Part shown: piece after piece, positions 39,263 to 49,375 of the stretch
How positions within the stretch are numbered: position 1 is the stretch's first letter
Layout of the letters: the number at the start of each line of letters is the position of its first letter
DNA from: an uncultured Pseudomonadota bacterium
GTDB lineage: Bacteria > Pseudomonadota > Alphaproteobacteria > Rs-D84 > CACZYB01
Length of the DNA: 64,000 nt
Direction: 5' to 3'
NCBI GenBank assembly: GCA_902785275.1
Contig: CACZYB010000003.1
Coordinates: forward strand, 32,001 to 96,000
The notes under the pieces: generated by a model
The model's input: only the letters and a program-made list of their open reading frames with translations
Told to the model about the DNA's origin: nothing
Databases searched by the model: none
Position numbers and translations under genes: made by a program

Positions 39263-40582
39263 TTATTTTTCAAACATTTGTTCGTATAAATCAAATGATG
39301 GATAGCCATCTGGAATAACTGGATTACCGGATTTATACTTTAAAATTTTAAAGCCACGTTTTGAAACATCCTTGTCTCCATCAAGGAGCATTTGTTGATA
39401 TTTCTTGATTGCCTTCATAGTCTTTTTTCCATAAAGACCAGAAATTTTTGCATCATAGATACCAAGTGAAGCAAGCTTTTCTTGGATTTCTTTTATTTGA
39501 TTTGTTGTCATTGCCTTCATTTTATCCCAATTTTCTGGACGTTCGAAAAGAGGAATAGAATCTGAAATAAGGGCATCAGAAAGAAGTCCAACAGACAAAG
39601 CATAATTTGTGGATGCGTTCCAATTCATTATATATTTAAAGTTATCATAAACGATAAAGGTTGGACCTTCCACACCTTGTGGTGCAATCAAGCTTGCATT
39701 TATATCTTTGTTTGGAACAGGTGTGCCATCAAGTTGCTTTACACCAATGGAATTGAAAAAGCTTAGTGGTTTCCATTCGTGAGAATTCACATAAGTCCAA
39801 GCCTTTGAATTTGTTTTATCAATAACTACTGGACGACCCCAACGATATTTGTTATTCCACCCCATCTTTGATAAATAATTTCCGGCAGAATGTACAGCAT
39901 CGGCAATATTATTTGTAAGATTTATTTTACCATCACCATTTCCATCAACTGCATATTTTTGGAATGTCGAAGGCAAGAATTGGAAATTACCAAAAGCACC
40001 AGCCCATGAACCAATCATTTGGCTTGGCTTCATATGACCTGCATCGATTATTTTAAGTGCATTGATAAGTTCTGATGTAAAAAATTCGGAACGTCTTGGG
40101 TCAAACGAAAGAGTTGTTAATGCTTCTATTATATTATAATTACCAAAGATTGTACCGTAAAAAGTTTCCAATCCCCAAAATGCAACGATTATTTCCTTTG
40201 GTACGCCGTATTTTTCTGAAACATTATTAAGTAATGTTTTGTACTTTTTAAGCATAATTTTACCATTGGCAATACGTTCAGGTTTTAGAGCACTGTCGGA
40301 ATATTTCCAAAAGGTTTTCATAAATTCTGGTTGTTTTCTATCAGATGCAATAACCTTTGGGTTATATTTCACATTTTTAAAAACTTCATCCAAAGTCTTT
40401 TGTGAAATTTTATATTTTTTGTTAGCCTTTTTTTTGAAATCAGAAAGCCATTCTTGGAATTCTTTTTCATTATAGCCTTCTATCTCCTCTGGTGCATTTT
40501 TTAATTCTTGAATAGCAGGAGCATTCTGAGCAAATAAAACATTTGAAAAAATAGTAAATAAAAATAGTAAATATATTTTCAT
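39263..40582 (-). CDS. Lytic murein transglycosylase (MltB/SLT_2) with PG-binding domain
   Basis: DRKQPEF, AFWGLETFYG, GSWAGAFGNFQFLPST, AVDGNGDG, WNASTNYA. Confidence 0.92.
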   Translation of the reverse strand: MKIYLLFLFTIFSNVLFAQNAPAIQELKNAPEEIEGYNEKEFQEWLSDFKKKANKKYKISQKTLDEVFKNVKYNPKVIASDRKQPEFMKTFWKYSDSALKPERIANGKIMLKKYKTLLNNVSEKYGVPKEIIVAFWGLETFYGTIFGNYNIIEALTTLSFDPRRSEFFTSELINALKIIDAGHMKPSQMIGSWAGAFGNFQFLPSTFQKYAVDGNGDGKINLTNNIADAVHSAGNYLSKMGWNNKYRWGRPVVIDKTNSKAWTYVNSHEWKPLSFFNSIGVKQLDGTPVPNKDINASLIAPQGVEGPTFIVYDNFKYIMNWNASTNYALSVGLLSDALISDSIPLFERPENWDKMKAMTTNQIKEIQEKLASLGIYDAKISGLYGKKTMKAIKKYQQMLLDGDKDVSKRGFKILKYKSGNPVIPDGYPSFDLYEQMFEK

Positions 40583-40583
40583 A

Positions 40584-42386
40584 TTAACACCTTGCAATAT
40601 CTTCTATAATAAGTTGTATATAACGTTTTCCATTCCAATCATTTGCGCGAATCTTTCCTGCGACCTTGAAATATTTACCAATACCATCAAGCAATGCTTC
40701 CCCCATTTCTGTATCAATAGATTTATAGCAAATTGCAGAAATGCTTTTACCATTATCAGATGCAAAATAACATCTTATATGACCACCAGAAAGTGCATCA
40801 GCACCAGTAAGCTTTGCATTTAATATAGCAAATCTTGGCTCTTCGTTCGCAGTACCAAATGGTTCCAAAACGGAAAGCTTTTTTATTAATTCATTATTTA
40901 TACCAGTTATATCAATAACAGAATCTATACTTAATACAGGTATAATCTTTTGTGATTTTGTTGAACTTTCGATATATTCGTGCAAAAAATTTTTAAATTC
41001 AGGTATCTTATCCTTATTCAAAGTAAAGCCCGCAGCCATAGAATGGCCACCACCTTCGGAAAGGATACCCATTTCTTTTGCCTTTATAATCGCGGAACCC
41101 AAATCAATTTCTGGGATACTTCTTCCACTTCCGTTTGCGATACCATTTTCATCAATTGTTGCAACCAAAGTTGGAAGGTTATAACGTTCCTTTATTCGGC
41201 CGGCGATGATACCAATCACACCGGTATGCCAATTATGACCGCCAATAAAGACGAAATTATCATCTGGTTTAAGTTCAGATGAAACCATTTCAAACGCTTC
41301 GGCAAGAACGGATGCCTCAATATCCTTACGTTCAGTATTAAAATTATTAAGACGGGTTGCAAGATTATCCGCAGTTAATGGATTTCTGGTTGTAAGCAAA
41401 TCCGCACCCAAAGATGAATTTCCAACACGACCGCCGGCATTTATCCTTGGCCCTAAGATATAGCCGAGATGGTAAACAGTTGGGCTTGTATTAACACCAG
41501 AAATATCACACAAAGCCTTTAGTCCGACATTTTGGCGTTTTGCCATAACCTTTACACCAACGGAAACAAAGGCACGGTTTGCACCAACAAGAGGAACAAC
41601 ATCACATACTGTACCCAAAGCAACCAAATCAAGATATGAAAATAAATCAGGTTCTTCAACACCATTTTCAATATAGAAACCATCTTCACGCAAAGTTTTA
41701 TTTAGAGCAACATCCATTAAAAACACAACACCACATGCAGCCAAATAATTAAGGCCAGAATCGTCATCAACACGCTTTGGATCAACAACGGCAACTGCAT
41801 TTGGAACACCAACTTCGGCTTCGTGGTGATCGGCAATAACAATATCAAGATCCATCTGATTTGCCATATCAACAGCATCAAATCCGGTTATACCGCAATC
41901 AACTGCAATTACAAGAGTTGCCCCCTTATCCCTTAATTCCTTTAATCCAACAGAATTAAGTCCGTAACCTTCGGATTGTCTGTCTGGGATATGAATATGC
42001 ACATTTTTCATACCAACATCACGAAGAAAGCGATAAATAATAGAGCTTGCAGTTGCACCATCAACATCATAATCACCAAAGATACCTATTGTTTCACCTT
42101 TTTTAATAGCACGAACAATTCGTTCCACAGCTTTATCCATATCCTTTAGAATAAATGGTGATGGCAACAATGTTTTTATTTGTGGGTTAAGATAGTTTGG
42201 AATATCATTGAATGAGACATGTCTGGCACAAATAATTTTTGCAATAATATCCGATACATCAAATCGTTGAGCAATAGTAGCCACTTCACGTTCATCACCT
42301 TTGAATAAACGCCAACGAAACTTATTTAATGATGCATCTTCGTTAACTAAGAAGTCATCTTTGTTATCATCTGGACCGACAATCAT
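40584..42386 (-). CDS. recJ: ssDNA exonuclease RecJ
   Basis: GDYDVDG, DCG, DHH, GTVCDVVPL, GPRINAGGR, GSGRS, GGHSMAAG. Confidence 0.97.
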   Translation of the reverse strand: MIVGPDDNKDDFLVNEDASLNKFRWRLFKGDEREVATIAQRFDVSDIIAKIICARHVSFNDIPNYLNPQIKTLLPSPFILKDMDKAVERIVRAIKKGETIGIFGDYDVDGATASSIIYRFLRDVGMKNVHIHIPDRQSEGYGLNSVGLKELRDKGATLVIAVDCGITGFDAVDMANQMDLDIVIADHHEAEVGVPNAVAVVDPKRVDDDSGLNYLAACGVVFLMDVALNKTLREDGFYIENGVEEPDLFSYLDLVALGTVCDVVPLVGANRAFVSVGVKVMAKRQNVGLKALCDISGVNTSPTVYHLGYILGPRINAGGRVGNSSLGADLLTTRNPLTADNLATRLNNFNTERKDIEASVLAEAFEMVSSELKPDDNFVFIGGHNWHTGVIGIIAGRIKERYNLPTLVATIDENGIANGSGRSIPEIDLGSAIIKAKEMGILSEGGGHSMAAGFTLNKDKIPEFKNFLHEYIESSTKSQKIIPVLSIDSVIDITGINNELIKKLSVLEPFGTANEEPRFAILNAKLTGADALSGGHIRCYFASDNGKSISAICYKSIDTEMGEALLDGIGKYFKVAGKIRANDWNGKRYIQLIIEDIARC

Positions 42387-42446
42387 AATATTTTTATCCT
42401 ACATCAATAAAAAAAGGTAGCCCAAAAAACTACCCTTTCAACAATC

Positions 42447-43310
42447 TTAATAATTCAAATAAATCTCTGTTCTTCTGTTTATTGCTTCGTTGATTGGCAT
42501 ATTTTCCTCAACAACTTTTTCTGTATCGGCAGCAGCAATTATGAATACCTTATCCTTTGGTACACCAAATTTGATAAGAGCTTCACTTACTTTTTGTGCA
42601 CGAAGCAATGATAAATCAAAATTTTCAATCTTGTTTTGAATTTCCTTCATATCTTTTGAACGGCTTGATGCATTACCAACAACACGAACTATTGCATTCT
42701 TTTCACGAGCAAGCTTTGCAACATTTTTCAATGCTTTCATATCCTTTGCAGAAATATCAGCCTTTGTATTAGAATGATAAACAACTGTACTTAAGAATGT
42801 GATATCTCTTACTGGTTCAACATCCTTTACTTCAAGTTTTCTTTTTTCCTGTGATTTTGAAGCTTCTACATCAGATTTTACAGCTTCAACATTTTGACGT
42901 GGAGCAGGAACGTAAGCAAATCTTCTTGAAGGAGGAATACCACGACGAGCTTCTGCCTGAGCAACAGCCATTTCAAATTCAACATCTTCTATATTTCTTT
43001 CGATATAGTTACCATCAATAAAATCGATTGTTTCACCATTTGTTGCATGTGGCGGAATTATAACTTCAACTTCTTTTCTTTCAGTTAATTCTATTTCGTT
43101 TTCAGCAATATCGATATCGTTTGAAGATTTTGAAAAATCATTTGATGATAATTTCTTTTCTTCAACATCAACAGCAACAGTTTCACTTTTGTAAACAACA
43201 TTTTGATCAACCAAATCATTTGATGATACAGGGATATCATTAACATCTGATGTACATCCGAAAAGTGCAAATACACAAGCAGAAAACAAACCTAAACTTC
43301 TTTTTTTCAT
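42447..43310 (-). CDS. OmpA-family lipoprotein
   Basis: Lipobox LFG-C, VVGNASS...NFDLSLLRAQKV, NRRTEIY. Confidence 0.88.
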   Translation of the reverse strand: MKKRSLGLFSACVFALFGCTSDVNDIPVSSNDLVDQNVVYKSETVAVDVEEKKLSSNDFSKSSNDIDIAENEIELTERKEVEVIIPPHATNGETIDFIDGNYIERNIEDVEFEMAVAQAEARRGIPPSRRFAYVPAPRQNVEAVKSDVEASKSQEKRKLEVKDVEPVRDITFLSTVVYHSNTKADISAKDMKALKNVAKLAREKNAIVRVVGNASSRSKDMKEIQNKIENFDLSLLRAQKVSEALIKFGVPKDKVFIIAAADTEKVVEENMPINEAINRRTEIYLNY

Positions 43311-43401
43311 TTTCGTTCCTTTGAATATAAATTTTTATTAGGTATATAATAGCCTATTTCATATTACTTTTTCAATAAATTTCTTAAAAAAAAATTAAAT
43401 T

Positions 43402-44085
43402 TTATTTTTTTACGAAATTAAGATATATTGGTTTGCGATTTTCAGCAATAGCCTTTTGTTCGTATCTGGTAGTTTCCCAATCGTTTGGTGGATTAGTAAA
43501 ATCAGCCGATTTAGTAGCAGTCCAATTGAACAAATCTTGATCTTTCATAACAAATAAAACCCACGGGATATAGACAGGATGATCACTGGCTACAAATAAA
43601 TTTCCTGATGATTTCAAATAGTTATGGAATAATTTTATGTTATTTTTATTTATCATACGACGTTCTTCGTTTCTGTTTTTGGGCCATGGATCAGGGTATA
43701 AAACAAAAATTGTATCGAAAACTTCGTTTGGAATAAATGGAAAAAGAAGATTAACATCGTTTGGGAAAATACGAATATTTTTAATATTATTATCAATAAT
43801 TTTCCTTAAAATAGAAGCGTTACCGTTCATAAAAACTTCGGTACCGATAAAGGCGACATCCGGATTTTTAAGTGCCATATTTACGATATGTTCACCGTCA
43901 CCATAGCCTATCTCAAAAATAAATTTTTTGGGTGTAAAATCAAACAATTTTGAAAAATCAATAGTCCCAAATTTTGGTAATACGACCTCAAAATCCTTCA
44001 TACGGGTAGAAAGCAAATCTTCCTTTGCCTTACTCATCCCCTTACCTTTTCTTCGTCCGAAAAAAGTCTTTTTTATATAATCCAT
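43402..44085 (-). CDS. trmB: tRNA (guanine-N7)-methyltransferase
   Basis: FEIGYGDGE, LYPDPWPK, ASDH, TRYEQKA. Confidence 0.95.
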   Translation of the reverse strand: MDYIKKTFFGRRKGKGMSKAKEDLLSTRMKDFEVVLPKFGTIDFSKLFDFTPKKFIFEIGYGDGEHIVNMALKNPDVAFIGTEVFMNGNASILRKIIDNNIKNIRIFPNDVNLLFPFIPNEVFDTIFVLYPDPWPKNRNEERRMINKNNIKLFHNYLKSSGNLFVASDHPVYIPWVLFVMKDQDLFNWTATKSADFTNPPNDWETTRYEQKAIAENRKPIYLNFVKK

Positions 44086-44086
44086 T

Positions 44087-44857
44087 TTAAACCTTTAGAT
44101 ACTTTTTTAATATTTCACAATCTTCATCTGTTGCACCATAGTTTTTGGCTTCAATAATACCATTTTCAATATAATGCACATCGCGAATCTGTTTTTTTGT
44201 TGTTTCATAGTTTACATCAAAAATCCATGTTAGAAAACCAACAATCCTGTCGACCGTATTTTTTGTAATTTGATTTGAAACTTGTTCACAATTTTCCAAA
44301 CATTTACGAACATAGTCAGACATAGGCTCCTTTACAATTTTATAGGTTAGCTTTGGATACTCTTCAAATGTAAACTGTTTTATATTTTCAAGTTTATCCG
44401 CATCACGCAAAAGCTTTGCAGTTATATCGGCAACCTTTTTATCATGCTCAGAAAGGTTGGTATAGTATGGATTATCATATCTTATTGCAATTTTATTATG
44501 TTCCTGTATCGCAAAAAGAATTATTGGATTGTTAAATTCAGGAATAGATTTTAACAATTCAACACAAAAATCACCATGATCAAATTCACTGTTAGAAAGG
44601 TGGCGACCATCTTTATGTTGATAAAAACGACCAAGGTCATGAAGAATCGCGGACAATTCAACATTTTCTTTTTCTTCTTTTGTTAAAAAGTTATAAATTT
44701 CTTTTTCACCGTAAAGAATATCCATTATATCATGAGCAACACCAAAACTGTGTTTTAATTTGTGCACATGCCATGCGATGATATCTTCATTTTGACCAAC
44801 AATTTGCTTTGCATAGGCATCACCTATCATCTTTGTCGCTAAATAAATTCTATTCAT
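44087..44857 (-). CDS. HD-domain phosphohydrolase
   Basis: KLKHS, AILHDLGRFYQ, DHG, EHNK, LLRDADKLEN. Confidence 0.88.
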   Translation of the reverse strand: MNRIYLATKMIGDAYAKQIVGQNEDIIAWHVHKLKHSFGVAHDIMDILYGEKEIYNFLTKEEKENVELSAILHDLGRFYQHKDGRHLSNSEFDHGDFCVELLKSIPEFNNPIILFAIQEHNKIAIRYDNPYYTNLSEHDKKVADITAKLLRDADKLENIKQFTFEEYPKLTYKIVKEPMSDYVRKCLENCEQVSNQITKNTVDRIVGFLTWIFDVNYETTKKQIRDVHYIENGIIEAKNYGATDEDCEILKKYLKV

Positions 44858-44873
44858 AATATCCTCTATATAC

Positions 44874-46349
44874 TTACTTAATTATAGGCAAAAGTAAAAC
44901 TGTTACTATTATTATAAGTGTTGTAATCTGATTTGTAAGAGGCAAAACTGTATTACGAAGAAGTGGAGTAATAAGAAATGCCTTACCGTCTTGGGTTTCG
45001 AAAACATCAATTCCATTAATAACCAATATAGAAATGAATGCAGTCATAATAATAAGACCTAAAACCAAAGCTCCTAAAAGTTCATAGTTTATGAATGGGA
45101 GTAAATAGTAAAAACATACTGCAAACATAACTATATAAATAAGTGTACGAACCGCAATATATGCATGCTTTGCACTTAGCTGTATATACTTTGCAAGGTT
45201 TATAATTTTAAGGACATTAAACATTATCAAAACAATACTTGTAAACAAACCAATAATGACATTGTTTGATGAAATATTGATATGAATTTGTGTCTTGTAT
45301 ATAAACTCTAGTGTTTCAAAAAAAATATAAAACAATGCAACATTGTTAAGAGTTTTTGCAATGTATTTATATGACTCAGACTGTTTATCAAAAATATTTA
45401 CGTTAGATGTTAGGACAGTTGAACTTATCAAACCAAGTGATGCAACTGTAACCCCAAAGAATCCAGCGGAATTAAGACATGTGAATATCAACACAACCAT
45501 AATTGCAAGGCCAATCAAACTTGAGAAAAAAATGTTTGAAGTTGGGCTTAAAAAACTTAAGGTTGTAAGAGTACCTTTTTTACCTGAAATCTTTCTTCTA
45601 TTTAAATATGTTGAGATTTTTTCTGCAATATACTTTGATAAAATACCAACAGAAATAACCATAAAAAGATTATAACTTAGTGGGTAAAGTACTGTAACAA
45701 AAGCCATAGTTACAAGAGGGAGAATTACCTTAAAAATCTCGTTCACATTAGATTTTGTTTCTTGATCCATTTTGATAAAGAAATATTGGCACAAAAGTGA
45801 AAAGCAAGAAACACTTATAAACAAACTGCTTAAGAAAAATGGTAAGTTTATAAGAGAGAATCTGGATACATCATATCCAAAAAATTTTGAAATATCGACT
45901 ATTGGAATCTGGGATGCTATGATTGCGGAACTTAATGTTATAGTAATAATCATAACATAATTATCGATAATACGTAGGAATAAATTTCTCATAGGATTTA
46001 ATTTTGATTTTGCCTTTATCAAAATGCATGCCATTTTAAAAAGAATATTTACCGAAATTATGCCTAAAAGAATCCACAAAGAATTAAGCACCATATCCAT
46101 TTTGGTGAAGAAAAAATACTTTATTATACCGTATGAAAACAATGTAACAGACGATAGGAAAAAGTTTAATGGTTCGGATATTTTGTATTCCACATCTTCG
46201 GTTATTTCCTTAAAAAACTTAGGGTACTTTATTTTCTTATATACCAACATTAAAAAAATAATAAGAAAAACAAAGAACAAGCTTGCCGAAGAAATTCCCA
46301 TAAAAAGATTTATGAAATCACTCATAAAAATGTCCAAAAAAGAATTCAT
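44874..46349 (-). CDS. Polytopic membrane protein, degenerate membrane pyrophosphatase (HppA)-like
   Basis: Many TM segments, several resembling HppA helices (AGFFGVTVASLGLIS, NISSNNVIIGLF, ELLGALVLG, RNTVLPLTNQITTLIIIV). Acidic catalytic motifs are absent. Confidence 0.6.
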   Translation of the reverse strand: MNSFLDIFMSDFINLFMGISSASLFFVFLIIFLMLVYKKIKYPKFFKEITEDVEYKISEPLNFFLSSVTLFSYGIIKYFFFTKMDMVLNSLWILLGIISVNILFKMACILIKAKSKLNPMRNLFLRIIDNYVMIITITLSSAIIASQIPIVDISKFFGYDVSRFSLINLPFFLSSLFISVSCFSLLCQYFFIKMDQETKSNVNEIFKVILPLVTMAFVTVLYPLSYNLFMVISVGILSKYIAEKISTYLNRRKISGKKGTLTTLSFLSPTSNIFFSSLIGLAIMVVLIFTCLNSAGFFGVTVASLGLISSTVLTSNVNIFDKQSESYKYIAKTLNNVALFYIFFETLEFIYKTQIHINISSNNVIIGLFTSIVLIMFNVLKIINLAKYIQLSAKHAYIAVRTLIYIVMFAVCFYYLLPFINYELLGALVLGLIIMTAFISILVINGIDVFETQDGKAFLITPLLRNTVLPLTNQITTLIIIVTVLLLPIIK

Positions 46350-46490
46350 TTATTTAACCTCTTTTATTTAATTACACCTATATGATATCAAGTTATAAAT
46401 ATTTTGCAAGTCAGCAATTTTTTTCTTTTACTTTGACTTATGTTATTTTTTAAGTTAGTATGAGAAGAATACAAACGAAAGGTTTTTATT

Positions 46491-47891
46491 ATGAATTTAA
46501 AAAGTATAATTATTGCTGGAAAAGAAATTCTTCCATTGGTTGAAGGTGGTAAAGGTGTAAACGTTTCAACCGGACTTACTTCTGGAAGATGGGCAAACTG
46601 TGGTGGTGCCGGAACTTTTTCTGGTGTAAACCCTGATTTTATCGATGAAAATGGGAACTCGATTGCTCCTATTTCATTTAAAGGTAAAAACAGAATCGAA
46701 AGACAAAAAGAGCTTATTGAATATGGTGTGAAAGGTTGTCTTGATCAAGCAAGAATTGCACACGAAGAATCAAAAGGTAATGGTCTTGTATTTATGAATG
46801 TACTTTGGGAACAAGGCGGTTCACAGGAACTTTTGAAATCTGTTCTTGAAAAGGCAAAGGGTACAATTAAGGCTATTTCTTGTGGTGCAGGTATGCCATT
46901 CAAGCTTGCTGATATTTGCTCTGAAAATAATGTTTTTTACAATCCGATTGTATCTTCTGTAAGGGCTTTTCAACTTCTTTGGAAACGTTCATATAGCCGT
47001 TTCAAAGATTGGCTTGGCGCAGTTATTTACGAAGATCCATGGGTTGCAGGTGGGCACAATGGGCTTTCTAATAGCGATAATCCAAATGCTCCAGAAAAAC
47101 CTATTCAAAGACTTCTTGAAATAAGAAAGTTTATGAATGAAGTTGGGCTTAAAAGTGTTCCTATAATTATTGCTGGTGGTATTTGGTGGCTTTCAGAATG
47201 GCTTGATTATATGGATAACGAAGATATTGGACCAGTAGGTTTCCAATTTGGTACAAGGCCTATGGTTACAGTAGAATCTCCTCTTGCTGATACTGTAAAG
47301 AAAAAGCTTCTTAATGTTAAAAAAGGTGATGTTAAACTTCAAAGGTTTTCACCAACAGGGCTTTATTCCTCTGCTGTAAGAAATGATTTCTTGAAAGAAT
47401 TGGAAGACCAGCTTGAACGTCAAATACGCTTCGAAGAAGTAATGAACTTTGAAAAAGGATTTGATGTGGCGGTTGAACTCTCAGCTACTGGAAAAACTGT
47501 TTATGTGAATAATGCCGATAAAGAAAAACTTAAATCCTTTATTGAAAAGGGATATAATAAAGTTATGAAAACACCTGATAATACTTTGATTTTTGTATCT
47601 GAGCCAAGATACAAAGAGATAATAAACGACATGAAAAATTGCGTGGGATGTTTGTCTGCATGTATGTTTTCAGGGTGGTCGCAAAAAGAAGGTTTAAACA
47701 TAAAGCCAGATCCAAGATATTTCTGTATTCAAAAAGGATTACAAGGTATTGCTCATACAAGTGATGTGGAGCATAACTGGCTTTTTGCGGGACAAATTGT
47801 ACAAAGATTTTTCCTTGATCCATTTTATAAAGGTGGTACATTTATCCCAACAATAAGACAGTTGTTTGATCGTATTTTGACTGGTTACTAA
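46491..47891 (+). CDS. Nitronate monooxygenase/FabK-like flavin oxidoreductase with Fe-S cysteines
   Basis: PLVEGGKGV, CGAGMP, YEDPWVAGGHNG, FQFGTR, FSPTG, CVGCLSAC...FCIQ. Confidence 0.88.
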   Translation: MNLKSIIIAGKEILPLVEGGKGVNVSTGLTSGRWANCGGAGTFSGVNPDFIDENGNSIAPISFKGKNRIERQKELIEYGVKGCLDQARIAHEESKGNGLVFMNVLWEQGGSQELLKSVLEKAKGTIKAISCGAGMPFKLADICSENNVFYNPIVSSVRAFQLLWKRSYSRFKDWLGAVIYEDPWVAGGHNGLSNSDNPNAPEKPIQRLLEIRKFMNEVGLKSVPIIIAGGIWWLSEWLDYMDNEDIGPVGFQFGTRPMVTVESPLADTVKKKLLNVKKGDVKLQRFSPTGLYSSAVRNDFLKELEDQLERQIRFEEVMNFEKGFDVAVELSATGKTVYVNNADKEKLKSFIEKGYNKVMKTPDNTLIFVSEPRYKEIINDMKNCVGCLSACMFSGWSQKEGLNIKPDPRYFCIQKGLQGIAHTSDVEHNWLFAGQIVQRFFLDPFYKGGTFIPTIRQLFDRILTGY

Positions 47892-47900
47892 TGATGAAAC

Positions 47901-48018
47901 TGTCACCCTGAACTTTGTTTGGGGATTCACAGGTTGTAGGCGGTGCCCCTGCCTGTTGGACTTGTGTAATGACACTGGAATCTAGGTAAAACAAAAACAT
48001 ATTTGACCTAGATTCCAG
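47901..48018. repeat. GC-richer palindromic element (REP/RPE/WPE-like remnant)
   Basis: tgtcaccctgaac...tgaca nested hairpin, then a perfect 13-bp IR ctggaatctaggt/acctagattccag. Confidence 0.45.
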
Positions 48019-48089
48019 ATAAAGATTTCTTATATTGGTGAAAAAAATCCTTTTATTTTCCGATTTTCATATTTTTTTGTTAAAAATTA

Positions 48090-48118
48090 TTGCCCAAGAC
48101 TCGTTTTTATGATATAAT
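48090..48118 (+). promoter_or_regulatory. sigma70 promoter with extended -10
   Basis: TTGCCC-N17-TATAAT with TGn extension. Confidence 0.65.
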
Positions 48119-48186
48119 GAGGATGTATAACATTAAACGTAAGTTTTTTAACTAACATTGTGTTAAACTGGGAGGTTGGAAAAGAA

Positions 48187-48288
48187 ATGGCAAATAACAA
48201 TTTAAAGTTATTTTCGATACTTTATGTACCAAGTGTTGTTATAATTTCTATTGTTACACTTTGGGCAATCAATTATATTATCGATTAG
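48187..48288 (+). CDS. Small single-TM membrane protein (33 aa, absent from ORF track)
   Basis: MANNNLKLFSILYVPSVVIISIVTLWAINYIID, with upstream GGGAGG, promoter and downstream terminator. Confidence 0.6.
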   Translation: MANNNLKLFSILYVPSVVIISIVTLWAINYIID

Positions 48289-48305
48289 TTTTTTGCTTTT
48301 TAAAT

Positions 48306-48336
48306 AAAAAAACTCCCATATTTCAGGGAGTTTTTT
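48306..48336. terminator. Bidirectional terminator (small ORF / gap)
   Basis: A-tract, ctccc...gggag, T-tract. Confidence 0.85.
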
Positions 48337-48355
48337 CGTTTTTGTAATAAATCAA

Positions 48356-49375
48356 TTATTTGATTGATTTACCAATAGCAACAGCTGTATCTAACATACG
48401 GTTAGAGAAACCCCATTCGTTATCATACCATGAAACGATACGTACGAAGTTGTCACCCATAACTTTTGTTTCTTTCAAATCAAAAGTTGAAGATGCTGGG
48501 TTGTGAATGAAGTCTGATGAAACAAGAGCATCTGTGTTTACACAAAGGATACCCTTATATCTTTCTGTAGCAGCTTCTTTAACAATAGCTTCGTTGATTT
48601 CTTCTGCTGTAACTTTGTCTTTGTTAACAACGAATTTGAAGTCAACCAAAGAAACATCTGGTGTTGGAACACGTGTTGAAGCACCATCAAGTTTACCTGC
48701 CAATTCTGGGATTACAAGACCAATAGCCTTTGCAGCACCAGTTGTTGTAGGAATAATGTTTTGAGCAGCAGAACGTGAACGGTAAAGGTTACCCTTCAAA
48801 TCACGATCCAATGTTACTTGGTCACCAGTATATGAGTGAATTGTTGTCATATAACCGTGTGAAATACCGAAATATCTGTTAAGAACTTCAACAACAGGAG
48901 CCAAGCAGTTTGTTGTGCAAGATGCATTTGAGAATACTCTCATATCTGATGTGATTTTGTCTTGGTTAACACCGTAAACAACAGTCAAATCAGCACCCTT
49001 TGCAGGAGCAGAAACCAAAACTCTTTTTGCACCAGCATCCAAATGAACTTGTGCTTTTTCACGTTCTGTGAAAATACCTGTACATTCAAATACTACATCG
49101 ATATCAAGATCTTTCCATGGATATTCTTTTGGATCACGGATAGCAAACATTTTTGCCTTTTGTGAACCAGCGATAAGCATATCACCTTCCAATTTAGCTT
49201 CTACTGGAAGTCTGCCGTGAACTGTATCATATTTCAAAAGGTGAAGAGAAGATTCAGGACTTGCCAAATCATTGATAGCAACAACTTCAACGTCTTTTCT
49301 ACCACTTTCGATTAATGCACGGAAAGTCATTCTTCCAATACGACCAAAACCATTAATAGCTACTTTTACTGTCAT
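48356..49375 (-). CDS. gap: Glyceraldehyde-3-phosphate dehydrogenase
   Basis: INGFGRIGR, NASCTTNCLAP, WYDNEWGFS. Confidence 0.98.
   Translation of the reverse strand: MTVKVAINGFGRIGRMTFRALIESGRKDVEVVAINDLASPESSLHLLKYDTVHGRLPVEAKLEGDMLIAGSQKAKMFAIRDPKEYPWKDLDIDVVFECTGIFTEREKAQVHLDAGAKRVLVSAPAKGADLTVVYGVNQDKITSDMRVFSNASCTTNCLAPVVEVLNRYFGISHGYMTTIHSYTGDQVTLDRDLKGNLYRSRSAAQNIIPTTTGAAKAIGLVIPELAGKLDGASTRVPTPDVSLVDFKFVVNKDKVTAEEINEAIVKEAATERYKGILCVNTDALVSSDFIHNPASSTFDLKETKVMGDNFVRIVSWYDNEWGFSNRMLDTAVAIGKSIK

Noticed and set aside
47893-48060. Possible 6S RNA or SRP RNA
   Set aside because: The minus strand has gttcagggtgacag, reminiscent of the 6S 3' arm, but no complementary 5' arm. No SRP GGAA tetraloop motif is present.
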